Part shown: positions 9,579 through 17,538 of the stretch, in pieces
Position numbering within the stretch: position 1 is the stretch's first letter
Layout of the letters: each line of letters opens with the position of its first letter
IMG/VR virus record: IMGVR_UViG_3300027823_000001
Span: 1 to 64,000 of that record
Source: a virus
Length of the DNA stretch: 64,000 bases
Strand: one strand, 5' to 3'
Made by a program: the position numbers and the translations under genes
Notes under the pieces: model-generated
The model's database searches: none
Told to the model about the DNA's origin: nothing
The model's input: the letters and a program-made list of their open reading frames with translations, nothing else

Positions 9579-10600
9579 CTGACACTCTCGCACGCGCCAT
9601 CACCGCGTTCCAGATGGGCCCGTTCGCGCGAGCGGTCGGAGCGCGCAAAGAGTCGCCGAGCGCCTACTCCCACGAGTGGCTCTTCACCTGCCCGCGCTGC
9701 TCTTCGTCGCGTCTGCGCTTCAACGCCGCGAAGCGCGCGGGCGTCTGCTGGGGCTGCCGCCGGGGCTATGACACTTTCGCGCTCGTGCGTGACGTGCTCA
9801 AGATGGATGAACTCGCTGCGGTGCTGTGGTTCACGAGTCGCTACGTGGGCGGCGACTCATCGGCGGAGGCACTCACCTCGGCGCTCGTAGTCATGGCAGC
9901 GCCCAAGCCTGCCGTGCGCCGCCTACCGCAGGTGCAGTGGCCCGAGGGCGCCGAGATCCTCACCTCGCCATGCCTGCCCCACGAACGGGCGTGGGCGTAC
10001 CTCAGCGGGCGCGGAATCGATCTGCACATGGTGCGAGAGTTCGGGCTCGCCTACGGGCGCAGCGGGCGCGTGCGCGAGCGCATCGTGTTCCCGTGCCGAA
10101 TGGACGGCACGCTCGTCTACTGGCAGGCGCGCGCCATCTACGATCCGCCGCCGCTCCTCCAGGGCCACGACCTGCGCGGATGGAAAGAGAGGAACGCCTA
10201 CATCAAGTCGATCAACCCATCGCTGAGCAGCGCGGACGCTCCGCAAGCGCACGAGGTGATCTACAACTACGAGCGGGCAAGAGACGAGCCTCACGTCGTG
10301 ATTTGCGAGGGGCCCATCGACACGATCAAGATCGGCCTGCACGCAGTCGGCTTGCTGGGCAAGGCTGCCGGACCTGTGAAGCTTGAGCGCCTGAAGCGCA
10401 TGCGCGCGAGCCGCTTCACGATCTACCTGGACCACGGGCCTGAGGAGCTAGAGAGCGCGCGTCGCATCGCGAGCGAGCTATCAGCCATGGCGGAGGTGAG
10501 GATCTGCACGAGCCCTCCTGGCTACGACGCGGGCGCCCTGGACCGCGCGACGAACGCAGCCATCGTCGCAGCGGCGATTCCCTGGGTTCCGTGCCTCTGA
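9575..10600 (+). CDS. DNA primase (zinc-binding domain + TOPRIM)
   Basis: CPRC...CWGC, YLSGRGI, RIVFP, ICEGPID, YLD. Confidence 0.88.
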   Translation: MTDTLARAITAFQMGPFARAVGARKESPSAYSHEWLFTCPRCSSSRLRFNAAKRAGVCWGCRRGYDTFALVRDVLKMDELAAVLWFTSRYVGGDSSAEALTSALVVMAAPKPAVRRLPQVQWPEGAEILTSPCLPHERAWAYLSGRGIDLHMVREFGLAYGRSGRVRERIVFPCRMDGTLVYWQARAIYDPPPLLQGHDLRGWKERNAYIKSINPSLSSADAPQAHEVIYNYERARDEPHVVICEGPIDTIKIGLHAVGLLGKAAGPVKLERLKRMRASRFTIYLDHGPEELESARRIASELSAMAEVRICTSPPGYDAGALDRATNAAIVAAAIPWVPCL

Positions 10601-10630
10601 ACGAAAAAACGCATCCGAAACTGTAAGCAA

Positions 10631-10643
10631 AATCAGCTACTTG
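10631..10643 (+). promoter_or_regulatory. IHF-like binding site in AT-rich intergenic region
   Basis: AATCAGCTACTTG fits the WATCARNNNNTTR consensus, with A/T tracts nearby; upstream of the small-gene array. Confidence 0.35.
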
Positions 10644-10763
10644 TCACTTTTTTCCGCGAACTCTGCATGACGAGCTTCGCTTGCACCTACTAGATGCACA
10701 TGGGCGGCAAGAACGCCGCCTACCACTACCTAGCCGGGCAACCCCGGACGATGGAGAGACCCC

Positions 10764-11075
10764 ATGTACAAAGCGCGCACCAACACCACGACCTCGACGA
10801 CCCTGATCACCGGCAACACCTTCCCGGCCAAGGACGCGCTTCGCGCCCTTGGCGGCAGGTGGGACGCCCAGGCGAAGGGCTGGCGCGTGCCTACCGCGGC
10901 TGCGCCCCGCGCCTGGGCGCTAGTCAAGGCTGCGCCCGCCAAGGCTGCGCCCGGCACTGCTCGGGCCTACCGGAGCCGCGGCGTGTGGACTGGCTGCCCC
11001 TGCGGCGCGAGGGAGCTGCCCGGCGGAGGGCTCTCCAGCAACGCGTGCGCGGACTGCCGATACGACGACGAGTGA
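10764..11075 (+). CDS. Small phage protein with C-terminal Cys motif
   Basis: GGAG RBS; GNTFPAKDALRALGGRWD...W motif; CPC...CADC. Confidence 0.7.
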   Translation: MYKARTNTTTSTTLITGNTFPAKDALRALGGRWDAQAKGWRVPTAAAPRAWALVKAAPAKAAPGTARAYRSRGVWTGCPCGARELPGGGLSSNACADCRYDDE

Positions 11076-11086
11076 TCCTCGGCACC
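11069..11086 (+). repeat. 18-bp boundary repeat, copy 1
   Basis: CGAGTGATCCTCGGCACC, identical at 44209-44226; both copies contain a gene's stop codon. Confidence 0.85.
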
Positions 11087-11161
11087 CTCCGGCGCCCGAC
11101 ACGATCGGGCGCCGCGGGGTGACGATGACCGCCACCGCTACCTACCACCCCAAGGATCACT

Positions 11162-11422
11162 ATGACCACCATGCACGACAAAAACACCACCCAGCCCTTC
11201 GTCGCGTGCCTTGTTTCGCGCGATGGGCCACACGTGCGCGTCCTCTACCGCGGCACCCTCGATCTGGACGCTGCGCTGGCGCTCGTAGGACGACCCGCGC
11301 AGCTGCTGTGCGACGCGCAACACAAGAGCAGTACGCTGCGCGTCGCACGGTTCTTCTCGGTGTCGCCGCCCGATCTGCCCGCCGACGCCATCCGCTCCGC
11401 GCTCGGGCTGGTGGTGTCATGA
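11162..11422 (+). CDS. Hypothetical array gene
   Basis: AAGGA RBS; ends ALGLVVS-stop overlapping the next ATG. Confidence 0.7.
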   Translation: MTTMHDKNTTQPFVACLVSRDGPHVRVLYRGTLDLDAALALVGRPAQLLCDAQHKSSTLRVARFFSVSPPDLPADAIRSALGLVVS

Positions 11423-11610
11423 GCAGCACCCTCAAGGACGACTTCGAGTCCTGCACTAGCGCACTGACCATCCGACACGGCTGGGGTCTCGACGGGCCCG
11501 GCCCAGCTCGCTTCGGCTGGTGGGCTGTGCACCCGTGCCGCGTGCGGTGGCTGGGTCGCACCCGTGCCGATGTCGTCGCTCGGATGATGGACGGGACGGT
11601 GGCGTCATGA
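11419..11610 (+). CDS. Array gene carrying module A (RHGWG...RFGW...LGRTRADV)
   Basis: 63 aa, ATGA-coupled, ends VAS-stop. Confidence 0.65.
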   Translation: MSSTLKDDFESCTSALTIRHGWGLDGPGPARFGWWAVHPCRVRWLGRTRADVVARMMDGTVAS

Positions 11611-11945
11611 GCACCATCGAAGGCCTGCTTGTCCGCCTCCGGGACGAGGACGACCTCGACGGCTGCGCCGAGGCCATCGACTGGCTAGCGGCACGCGAAG
11701 GCACGCTAGAGCAAGTGTGGGATGACTGCCCACGCGGCAACTGGCTGATGCGGCTGGCCGAGAGACTGCGGCGGCCACGCGGGGCCGCAGCGCACGTGCT
11801 GAGTGTCGCCTGGGACGTGGTCGCGCGCGACCAGCCGGGCTGGATGCAAGACTACACCAGGGCCGACGTGGTGCGTCAGCACATCACGGCTGCGATGATC
11901 GTCGCTGTGCTGGACGCTCACGCGGCCGCGGCGGTGAAGCCATGA
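11607..11945 (+). CDS. Array gene, paralog family C copy 1
   Basis: MSTIEGLLVRLRD..DLDGCAEAIDWL...W..CPRGNW. Confidence 0.75.
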   Translation: MSTIEGLLVRLRDEDDLDGCAEAIDWLAAREGTLEQVWDDCPRGNWLMRLAERLRRPRGAAAHVLSVAWDVVARDQPGWMQDYTRADVVRQHITAAMIVAVLDAHAAAAVKP

Positions 11946-12265
11946 GCACCATCGAAGGCCTGCTTGTCCGCCTCCGGGACCCGTACGACCTCGACGGATG
12001 CGCCGAGGCCATCGACTGGCTAGCGGCACGCGAAGGCACGCTTGAACAGGCGTGGGCGGAGTGCGAGCGCGGAGACTGGATGGTATGGCTGGCAGAGGCG
12101 GCCGGTGTCTCCAACGCGATCTACATAGCCGCGGCCGATGCGCTGCCCGAATCCGAGACGCTGCGCGCGCAGCCCGCGGCCGCCATCGCGGTGCGCCAGC
12201 ACATCACAGGCGCGATGATCGTCGCTTTGCTGGACGATCACGCGGCCGAGAGGATCTCGCCTTGA
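11942..12265 (+). CDS. Array gene, paralog family C copy 2
   Basis: First 39 nt identical to the 11607 gene. Confidence 0.75.
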   Translation: MSTIEGLLVRLRDPYDLDGCAEAIDWLAAREGTLEQAWAECERGDWMVWLAEAAGVSNAIYIAAADALPESETLRAQPAAAIAVRQHITGAMIVALLDDHAAERISP

Positions 12266-12399
12266 CGGCGACCGGGCCATCCGGGTCGCCATCACCGCTG
12301 GGCTCACCTCTGACCGGGCTGCGCAGATCTCCGCACGTGCGGCGCTCGATCTGGCGATCAAGAGCGCACATGCCTACCTCATGGCGCTGACGATCGAGC

Positions 12400-12493
12400 G
12401 CGATGCGGTTCTTGCGGCGCGCGCCGACGCGGAGGAGCACGGACAGGGAAGTCGCGAGGCGACCCGCCCTGGGTTCGAGTCCCAGGCATCTCA
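12400..12493 (+). pseudogene. Degenerate tRNA-like element
   Basis: Perfect T-arm CTGGG-TTCGAGT-CCCAG (12469-12485); 6/7-bp acceptor-like pairing GCGATGC/GCATCTC; GTCGC/GCGAC variable-arm-like stem; no recognisable anticodon arm. Confidence 0.3.
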
Positions 12494-12544
12494 GGCATCT
12501 CACATGCGTTCCACTACTACCCCTACCACCCCAAGAGGATCACC

Positions 12545-13057
12545 ATGACCACCCCGAAGACCCACTACGCACCTACGTTCTCTGGCCTCGCCTCGTGCGG
12601 CCCCGTAACGCCCTCTACCACCCCACGACGCGATGCCGTAACCTGTGAGCGTTGCCGCCGCACGGCGGCCTACCAGGCGGCCCCCGCATCGCCCCCGGGG
12701 CCGCTCGCCTTCGTCGTTCAGTCAATCTACGATGGTCGTTGGGCCAACGAGCCGGATGGCGCGTGTTCCTCGATGGAGGAGGCTAAGGACGTGATTGACT
12801 CCCTGGTTGAGACGTACGGCTACGAGCGCAACTCGATGCGCGTCACCATCGTTCGGCTCCCGACTGACTCCGTAGGGCATCTATCGATCACGCGCAAGCT
12901 CCGCGTCTCGGTGGTTGGCGCGCTCTCTCACGAGGCCCACGAGGTTGGCGACCACGCGATGGTCGCGATCTGCTCGCGCGCCCTCGATGGCGAGGCGCGC
13001 GCGGTCGAGGAAGTCGCGCGCGTCCTTGCGGCGGCGGCCAACGAGGTGGCGTCATGA
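12545..13057 (+). CDS. Array gene carrying module B plus N-terminal Cys/His motif
   Basis: GAGGA RBS; VTCERC; FVVQ..DGRWANEPDG.C....EA...IDSLV...GY; ends VAS-stop. Confidence 0.75.
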   Translation: MTTPKTHYAPTFSGLASCGPVTPSTTPRRDAVTCERCRRTAAYQAAPASPPGPLAFVVQSIYDGRWANEPDGACSSMEEAKDVIDSLVETYGYERNSMRVTIVRLPTDSVGHLSITRKLRVSVVGALSHEAHEVGDHAMVAICSRALDGEARAVEEVARVLAAAANEVAS

Positions 13058-13446
13058 GCTGTATGATCACCGAGTGGACCTCCGCGCCCTCGCCCGAAGT
13101 GCTCGAACGCATTGCGGACTACATCGCGATCGAGGCTCTGTCTGAGGGGCTTTCGATCGAAGGGCTCTCCGGCTATGACATCACGCCGGCGGACATCGAT
13201 TACATCACCACGGAGTACAGTGCGCGGGACGAGTTGGAACTGGCCTGGGTCAACCTCGTTGTTGAAGGGCTCGTACGTACGACGTTCGCGAGGCTGACGG
13301 AGGGGCTCGATCTACGCTACGGCTGGGCGTACGATGGGGGCTGTACGCGGTTCGGCTGGCATTCGCGCACGGCCGGCGGCGAGCGGTTCGTGGGTGCGAC
13401 GCGCGTCGATGTGCTGGTGCGTCTCGTCAAGTCGGTGGCGTCATGA
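13054..13446 (+). CDS. Array gene with C-terminal module A
   Basis: DLRYGW...RFGW...VGATRVDV; ends VAS-stop. Confidence 0.75.
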   Translation: MSCMITEWTSAPSPEVLERIADYIAIEALSEGLSIEGLSGYDITPADIDYITTEYSARDELELAWVNLVVEGLVRTTFARLTEGLDLRYGWAYDGGCTRFGWHSRTAGGERFVGATRVDVLVRLVKSVAS

Positions 13447-13880
13447 ACATCCAACTCGCCCGCGCCGCGGAGGCGTTCTCGCAGCTTGAGACGGCCGAAG
13501 AATGGTACGCCGCGCTCGGATGGTGTACCGGGTGGTACGAGGCCGACGGGTCGGAGTCGGAGTGCGAGATCACGCACCCCGTCTGCGCCCCCGGGGACCT
13601 CGGGCTGTCCGACGGTGAGATCGCCCAGAACGTCGCGGGTGACGCCTCGGAGGAGGAGCGCGAGGCGATCGGTGAGGCCGTGACCTACGCGCGCCGAGCC
13701 TGGGCCGCGGCGCAGATCATCCGCGCGACCCTGGTAGAGGCGATAGAGCACTACGGTGCGGGGGACATCGCGGGCGCGCGGGCGTCTATCCTCCGCGCCT
13801 CGGCGCAGGAGTTGGAGTGGGGCGACGACCCTAGCACTGCTGCGGTGCGCACCGCGCTCGGGCTGTCGGTGGCGTCATGA
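13443..13880 (+). CDS. Hypothetical acidic array gene
   Basis: 145 aa; ends ALGLSVAS-stop. Confidence 0.75.
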   Translation: MNIQLARAAEAFSQLETAEEWYAALGWCTGWYEADGSESECEITHPVCAPGDLGLSDGEIAQNVAGDASEEEREAIGEAVTYARRAWAAAQIIRATLVEAIEHYGAGDIAGARASILRASAQELEWGDDPSTAAVRTALGLSVAS

Positions 13881-14221
13881 GCGACATCATCTACGTGATC
13901 CAGTACAGCAGCGACGGCTGCTGGGCGGACGAGCCCGAGGGGCGGTGCGCGACGCACGCCGAGGCGCGGTCCGGCATCGACTCGCTCGTGAGCGTGTGCG
14001 GCTACCGGCGCGACACGCTGCGGATCGTCGAGCGCGCTATCCGCCTGGCGGACGCCTTCAGGGCCTGCACCTCCGGCATGGACCTGCGCCACGGATGGGG
14101 CCTGACCGGCGCCGGTGAGGCTCGCCACGGCTGGTACGCTCTCAGCCCCTGCCGCGAGCGCTACCTCGGTAGGACTCGTGCCGATGTCGTCGCGCGATCG
14201 CCCGTGGTGAAAGAGACCTAG
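13877..14221 (+). CDS. Array gene: module B + module A fusion
   Basis: YVIQ..DGCWADEPEG.C...IDSLV...GY followed by DLRHGWG...RHGW...LGRTRADVVAR. Confidence 0.75.
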   Translation: MSDIIYVIQYSSDGCWADEPEGRCATHAEARSGIDSLVSVCGYRRDTLRIVERAIRLADAFRACTSGMDLRHGWGLTGAGEARHGWYALSPCRERYLGRTRADVVARSPVVKET

Positions 14222-14308
14222 CCCGAAACGCGCGCAAGCGCGTCGCTGCGTATGGCGCAGCCTGACGATGGGCGTCGGTATCACCCCTCACTATCGAATG
14301 GAGACTCA

Positions 14309-14557
14309 ATGAAGACCAAGGATCTGATCGCAGAGCTGCTCAAGCAGAACCAGGACGCGGAGGTGCACTTCGCGTACGACTACGGCGACTATACGCGCAC
14401 TGAAGTTGCGTCGGCCGTGACCAACGTAGTGAACGGCTACGTGGCGCACTCTGCCTACCACGACATGCCAAAGGTTGTTGACGCGACCGAAGGCTCGCAG
14501 TGCGTCGTGGTGCTGCGAGCGACCGAAGGCTCGCAGCGCGTCATGGTGCTGCGATGA
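14309..14557 (+). CDS. Hypothetical phage protein
   Basis: GGAG RBS; MKTKDLIAEL...YDYGDY; 36-bp tandem duplication at 14483-14554. Confidence 0.7.
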   Translation: MKTKDLIAELLKQNQDAEVHFAYDYGDYTRTEVASAVTNVVNGYVAHSAYHDMPKVVDATEGSQCVVVLRATEGSQRVMVLR

Positions 14558-15024
14558 CGCGCTTCAAGATGTACACAGGACCAAACGTGCGGGCAGTTGC
14601 AGATGCGATCGCGCGTATCCCTGCCACGACCAACCTGCTCGCCGGCACTGACCATGTCTACTACGACTCGCCGCACTCGCTGCGCGAACAAGAGCGCTTG
14701 GCGCACCATGACGGTGCGTCGCGTAGTTGCTGGAACTACATCGAGGGCGCACGCGTGATCGAGAGTCGAGTCCGCCGCGTGGCAGATGCGCTCTACAGTG
14801 CTTGGCTGCCTCTCATGAGAAGAGAGGTCGAAGGCTTCAACGCCCCTGCGTCGATCAGCGAGTGCGCCAACAACAGCGTCATCGACAATGACGACTCGGT
14901 GGAGCTGCTTGCCAGCTTCGCCATCACCGCACGCGCACAGGATGGGCGCTGGCCTGCACTGACCGAACAACAGATCGAGCGCTTCGTGGCCGCGGCTGTC
15001 GAAGCAGAAAGAGAGACGCGATGA
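14554..15024 (+). CDS. Hypothetical protein
   Basis: ATGA-coupled at both ends. Confidence 0.65.
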   Translation: MTRFKMYTGPNVRAVADAIARIPATTNLLAGTDHVYYDSPHSLREQERLAHHDGASRSCWNYIEGARVIESRVRRVADALYSAWLPLMRREVEGFNAPASISECANNSVIDNDDSVELLASFAITARAQDGRWPALTEQQIERFVAAAVEAERETR

Positions 15025-15191
15025 AGAGGTCGTACACACCACTCTTTCCGGTGACGAAAGAGATTCCTGACTACGTACCTCCCGACAGGGAGTGCGCGTA
15101 CATCTGCGGCACGGGTGACCGCTGGCGCTTCATGCTGCTCTGGCAGCATGAGCCTCGTACTCAGTACACAGGCATCGAGGTGGTGCCGTGA
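15021..15191 (+). CDS. Small hypothetical protein (56 aa, below track cut-off)
   Basis: Open frame MKRSYTPLFP...GIEVVP fills the gap exactly, with ATGA/GTGA overlaps. Confidence 0.5.
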   Translation: MKRSYTPLFPVTKEIPDYVPPDRECAYICGTGDRWRFMLLWQHEPRTQYTGIEVVP

Positions 15192-15433
15192 GTACGAAGC
15201 TGCGCAACCGAGGGTTGCTCACTGAGGCCATCGCAAAGGGCCTGATGTCTCTTCACATCTCGAAACCAAGCGCGCAACTGCGAACACTGCGCGTCACGCT
15301 GTTCGACGCTCACGGTACGTTCATCGCGGATCTCACGCTGGCCGATGCCATTCACGCGACGACGTTCGATGTCTGTCGCAACGAGCGCGCGTCGTGGGCA
15401 CACGCCGCGAGCGCCGAGGTCTACGCAGACTGA
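15188..15433 (+). CDS. Hypothetical protein
   Basis: GAGG RBS, GTG start. Confidence 0.55.
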   Translation: MSTKLRNRGLLTEAIAKGLMSLHISKPSAQLRTLRVTLFDAHGTFIADLTLADAIHATTFDVCRNERASWAHAASAEVYAD

Positions 15434-15440
15434 TCACCAT

Positions 15441-15491
15441 TCAACCACCAACCCCAAGTACCTAGCTCAGGAGAAGAGACGATGGACATGA
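15441..15491 (+). repeat. Duplicated 5' leader, copy 1
   Basis: TCAACCACCAACCCCAAGTACC...AAGAGACGATGGACATGA, repeated at 16519-16570. Confidence 0.85.
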
Positions 15492-16513
15492 ACGACATCA
15501 ACAAGCACAGCATGATCGACGCGCCGAGCGTGCCCGTGGCCAACCCCGAGATGAAGAAGAAGCGCACGCGCAGCGCGACCAAGACACGTATGGCCGGACA
15601 CGAGGGGCCAGGCCTGCACTACAAACAAGTGCGCACGACCATCGCGCTGCTGAAGCACAGCACGATCTTTTTAGAGTTCTCGGTGGAAGAGCGAGCAGCC
15701 TTCAACGAGATCGCGAGGCTCAACTACGATCTCTCCGCTGCCAAGAGTCTCGCGCTAGAACACGCGTTCGCGAAGCTCGATGACGAGGTGATGGGCCGCG
15801 CGCGCGATGAGTTCGAGTTCGTGCGAGGGCGCACGTCGATCCGCAACCACGGGGCCTGCATCGCCAGCTGCGCGCTCTGCGGCAAGGGTGACTCCAAGGA
15901 CGATGGCACCAACCAGGACAAGCTCCAGTACGACTTCTGCCTGACGAACACCCAGGGAGGTACGGACCTGTGGGTAGGAAGCAACTGCATCCTGAACTTC
16001 GGGTTGAAGGTGCGCGGTGCAGCCACGAGCGAGGAAGCCCGCGCGATCCTCGAACGCAACCTGCGCGAGTGCATGTCGATCTGGAAGAAGGAAGCGTGGC
16101 GGAACGACAACCCCGAGCATGCGCGCATCGCTGAACACTTCGCCGCGCTCGAACGCCTGTGCCACGACTTCCGATGGTACGGGCGCTACGGCTCGATGAA
16201 GGGTGACATCCTCACACTCGGTCAGACGCAAGAGGGCGTGTTCCGGCGCTGCCAAGCCGCAGTCCAGCCCATGCGGAACGCGCTGCGCTTCTACGAGCGC
16301 GCCGACTACCTCACCGATGCAAAGGCGGTGGCGTGGAAAGAGGCACGCCGTCTGTTGCACTCGTTGCAGTGGCTCGTTGCGCAGCTCGACGCTGCGCAGA
16401 ACAAGAACGGCTACGAGCGCGAGCACTTTCTTCACCAGGCGCGCATCGCGCGAGAGAAGCTGCTCGCTGTACGCGTGCAGAAGCGCACGCCTCGCCCGAT
16501 GCCCGCCGCCTGA
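15482..16513 (+). CDS. Hypothetical protein with zinc-binding motif
   Basis: 343 aa; CALCG...VGSNCI. Confidence 0.75.
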   Translation: MDMNDINKHSMIDAPSVPVANPEMKKKRTRSATKTRMAGHEGPGLHYKQVRTTIALLKHSTIFLEFSVEERAAFNEIARLNYDLSAAKSLALEHAFAKLDDEVMGRARDEFEFVRGRTSIRNHGACIASCALCGKGDSKDDGTNQDKLQYDFCLTNTQGGTDLWVGSNCILNFGLKVRGAATSEEARAILERNLRECMSIWKKEAWRNDNPEHARIAEHFAALERLCHDFRWYGRYGSMKGDILTLGQTQEGVFRRCQAAVQPMRNALRFYERADYLTDAKAVAWKEARRLLHSLQWLVAQLDAAQNKNGYEREHFLHQARIAREKLLAVRVQKRTPRPMPAA

Positions 16514-16518
16514 ACCGA

Positions 16519-16570
16519 TCAACCACCAACCCCAAGTACCCAGCTCAAAGAAAAGAGACGATGGACATGA
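16519..16570 (+). repeat. Duplicated 5' leader, copy 2
   Basis: 22-nt and 18-nt blocks identical to 15441-15491. Confidence 0.85.
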
Positions 16571-17538
16571 CTACTATTCGTAAGCCCAGAGGATTCGCAA
16601 ACGTGACGACGACAATCGCAGACGCAGCAGACCCGATCGAGTACGAAGACCGCACCGTAGGAGGCGCGGTCTTCGTCGCTCGGAAGGGCACGCATCCCAA
16701 CGTGCCGCTGCCGCGCCCCTACGTCTTCGATCAGAAGCAGTGCCAGGAGATCGCCGTAGGGGTCCGCCGCGGAATGAACGTGCTCCTCACGGGGCCCACG
16801 GGCTGCGGCAAGACCAGCGTGGTCTCGGCGATCGCGTCGCAGATCAATCAGCCGTTCGTGCGCTTCAACTGTGATGGCGAGACCCGGGTCTCGAACTTGC
16901 GAGGCATGATGAAGCCTACGTCGCAGGACGGCGTGCTGACGCTCACGTTCTCGCCTGGTGACCTGGCTCTCGCGATGGAGCAAGGCTACTGGGTGCTGCT
17001 CGACGAGATCGACGCAGCGCTACCGAGCGTGCTGTTCGTGCTCCAGCCTGTGCTGGAGGAAGACCGCCGCGAGCTGCATGTGCCTGAGATCAAGCGCACC
17101 ATCTCCGCGCATCCCGACTTCCGCATCTTCGCAACGGGTAACACGATCGGCTTCCGCTCGGCGTCCCGCGCGCGGCACGCAGGTACCAACCCCATGAACG
17201 CAGCGTTCGTCGATCGCTTCGGCATGCTGATCGCGTGCGACTACGCGAGCAAGGACGACGAGACCAACCGGATCAAGGTCAACGTGCCTGACCTCGACAA
17301 TGACTTCGCCGAGGGCGTGGCGCGCGTCGCAGACGCACTGCGACGTGATGAGAAGTTCAAGGCGGACTTCTCTACTCGTCGTTGCGTGCAGTGGGCACGC
17401 TTGATCGGCGACTTCGACAACGACGTGCTGCGCGCGGCTGAACTCGCGGTGCTACGCAAGTTGGAGAGCCCGACAGACGCAAAGGTCGCACGCGCGATGA
17501 TCCGTCGGATCTTTGGCTACGATGAGGAGAAGGTCTAA
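16561..17538 (+). CDS. MoxR-family AAA+ ATPase (CobS/CbbQ/NorQ-like)
   Basis: GPTGCGKTS, LLDEID, HPDFRIFATGN, AFVDRF, STR. Confidence 0.9.
   Translation: MDMTTIRKPRGFANVTTTIADAADPIEYEDRTVGGAVFVARKGTHPNVPLPRPYVFDQKQCQEIAVGVRRGMNVLLTGPTGCGKTSVVSAIASQINQPFVRFNCDGETRVSNLRGMMKPTSQDGVLTLTFSPGDLALAMEQGYWVLLDEIDAALPSVLFVLQPVLEEDRRELHVPEIKRTISAHPDFRIFATGNTIGFRSASRARHAGTNPMNAAFVDRFGMLIACDYASKDDETNRIKVNVPDLDNDFAEGVARVADALRRDEKFKADFSTRRCVQWARLIGDFDNDVLRAAELAVLRKLESPTDAKVARAMIRRIFGYDEEKV

Larger units (their letters stand above)
11410..13880 (+). repeat. Dispersed 13-bp gene-junction repeat GGTGGCGTCATGA
   Basis: Exact at 11598-11610, 13045-13057, 13434-13446 and 13868-13880; one mismatch at 11410-11422; variant GGTGAAGCCATGA at 11933-11945. 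Confidence 0.9.

Noticed and set aside
10660-10690. Sigma-54 promoter ending in TTGCA downstream of the IHF-like site
   Set aside because: The required GG at -24 is absent at the correct spacing.
12400-12493. Functional tRNA gene
   Set aside because: No canonical D-arm or anticodon arm and no CCA; kept only as a degenerate element.
11410-13880. Array as a true integron or diversity-generating retroelement
   Set aside because: Junctions lack attC-like palindromes, no tyrosine recombinase or reverse transcriptase is in the window, and paralog differences are not adenine-specific.
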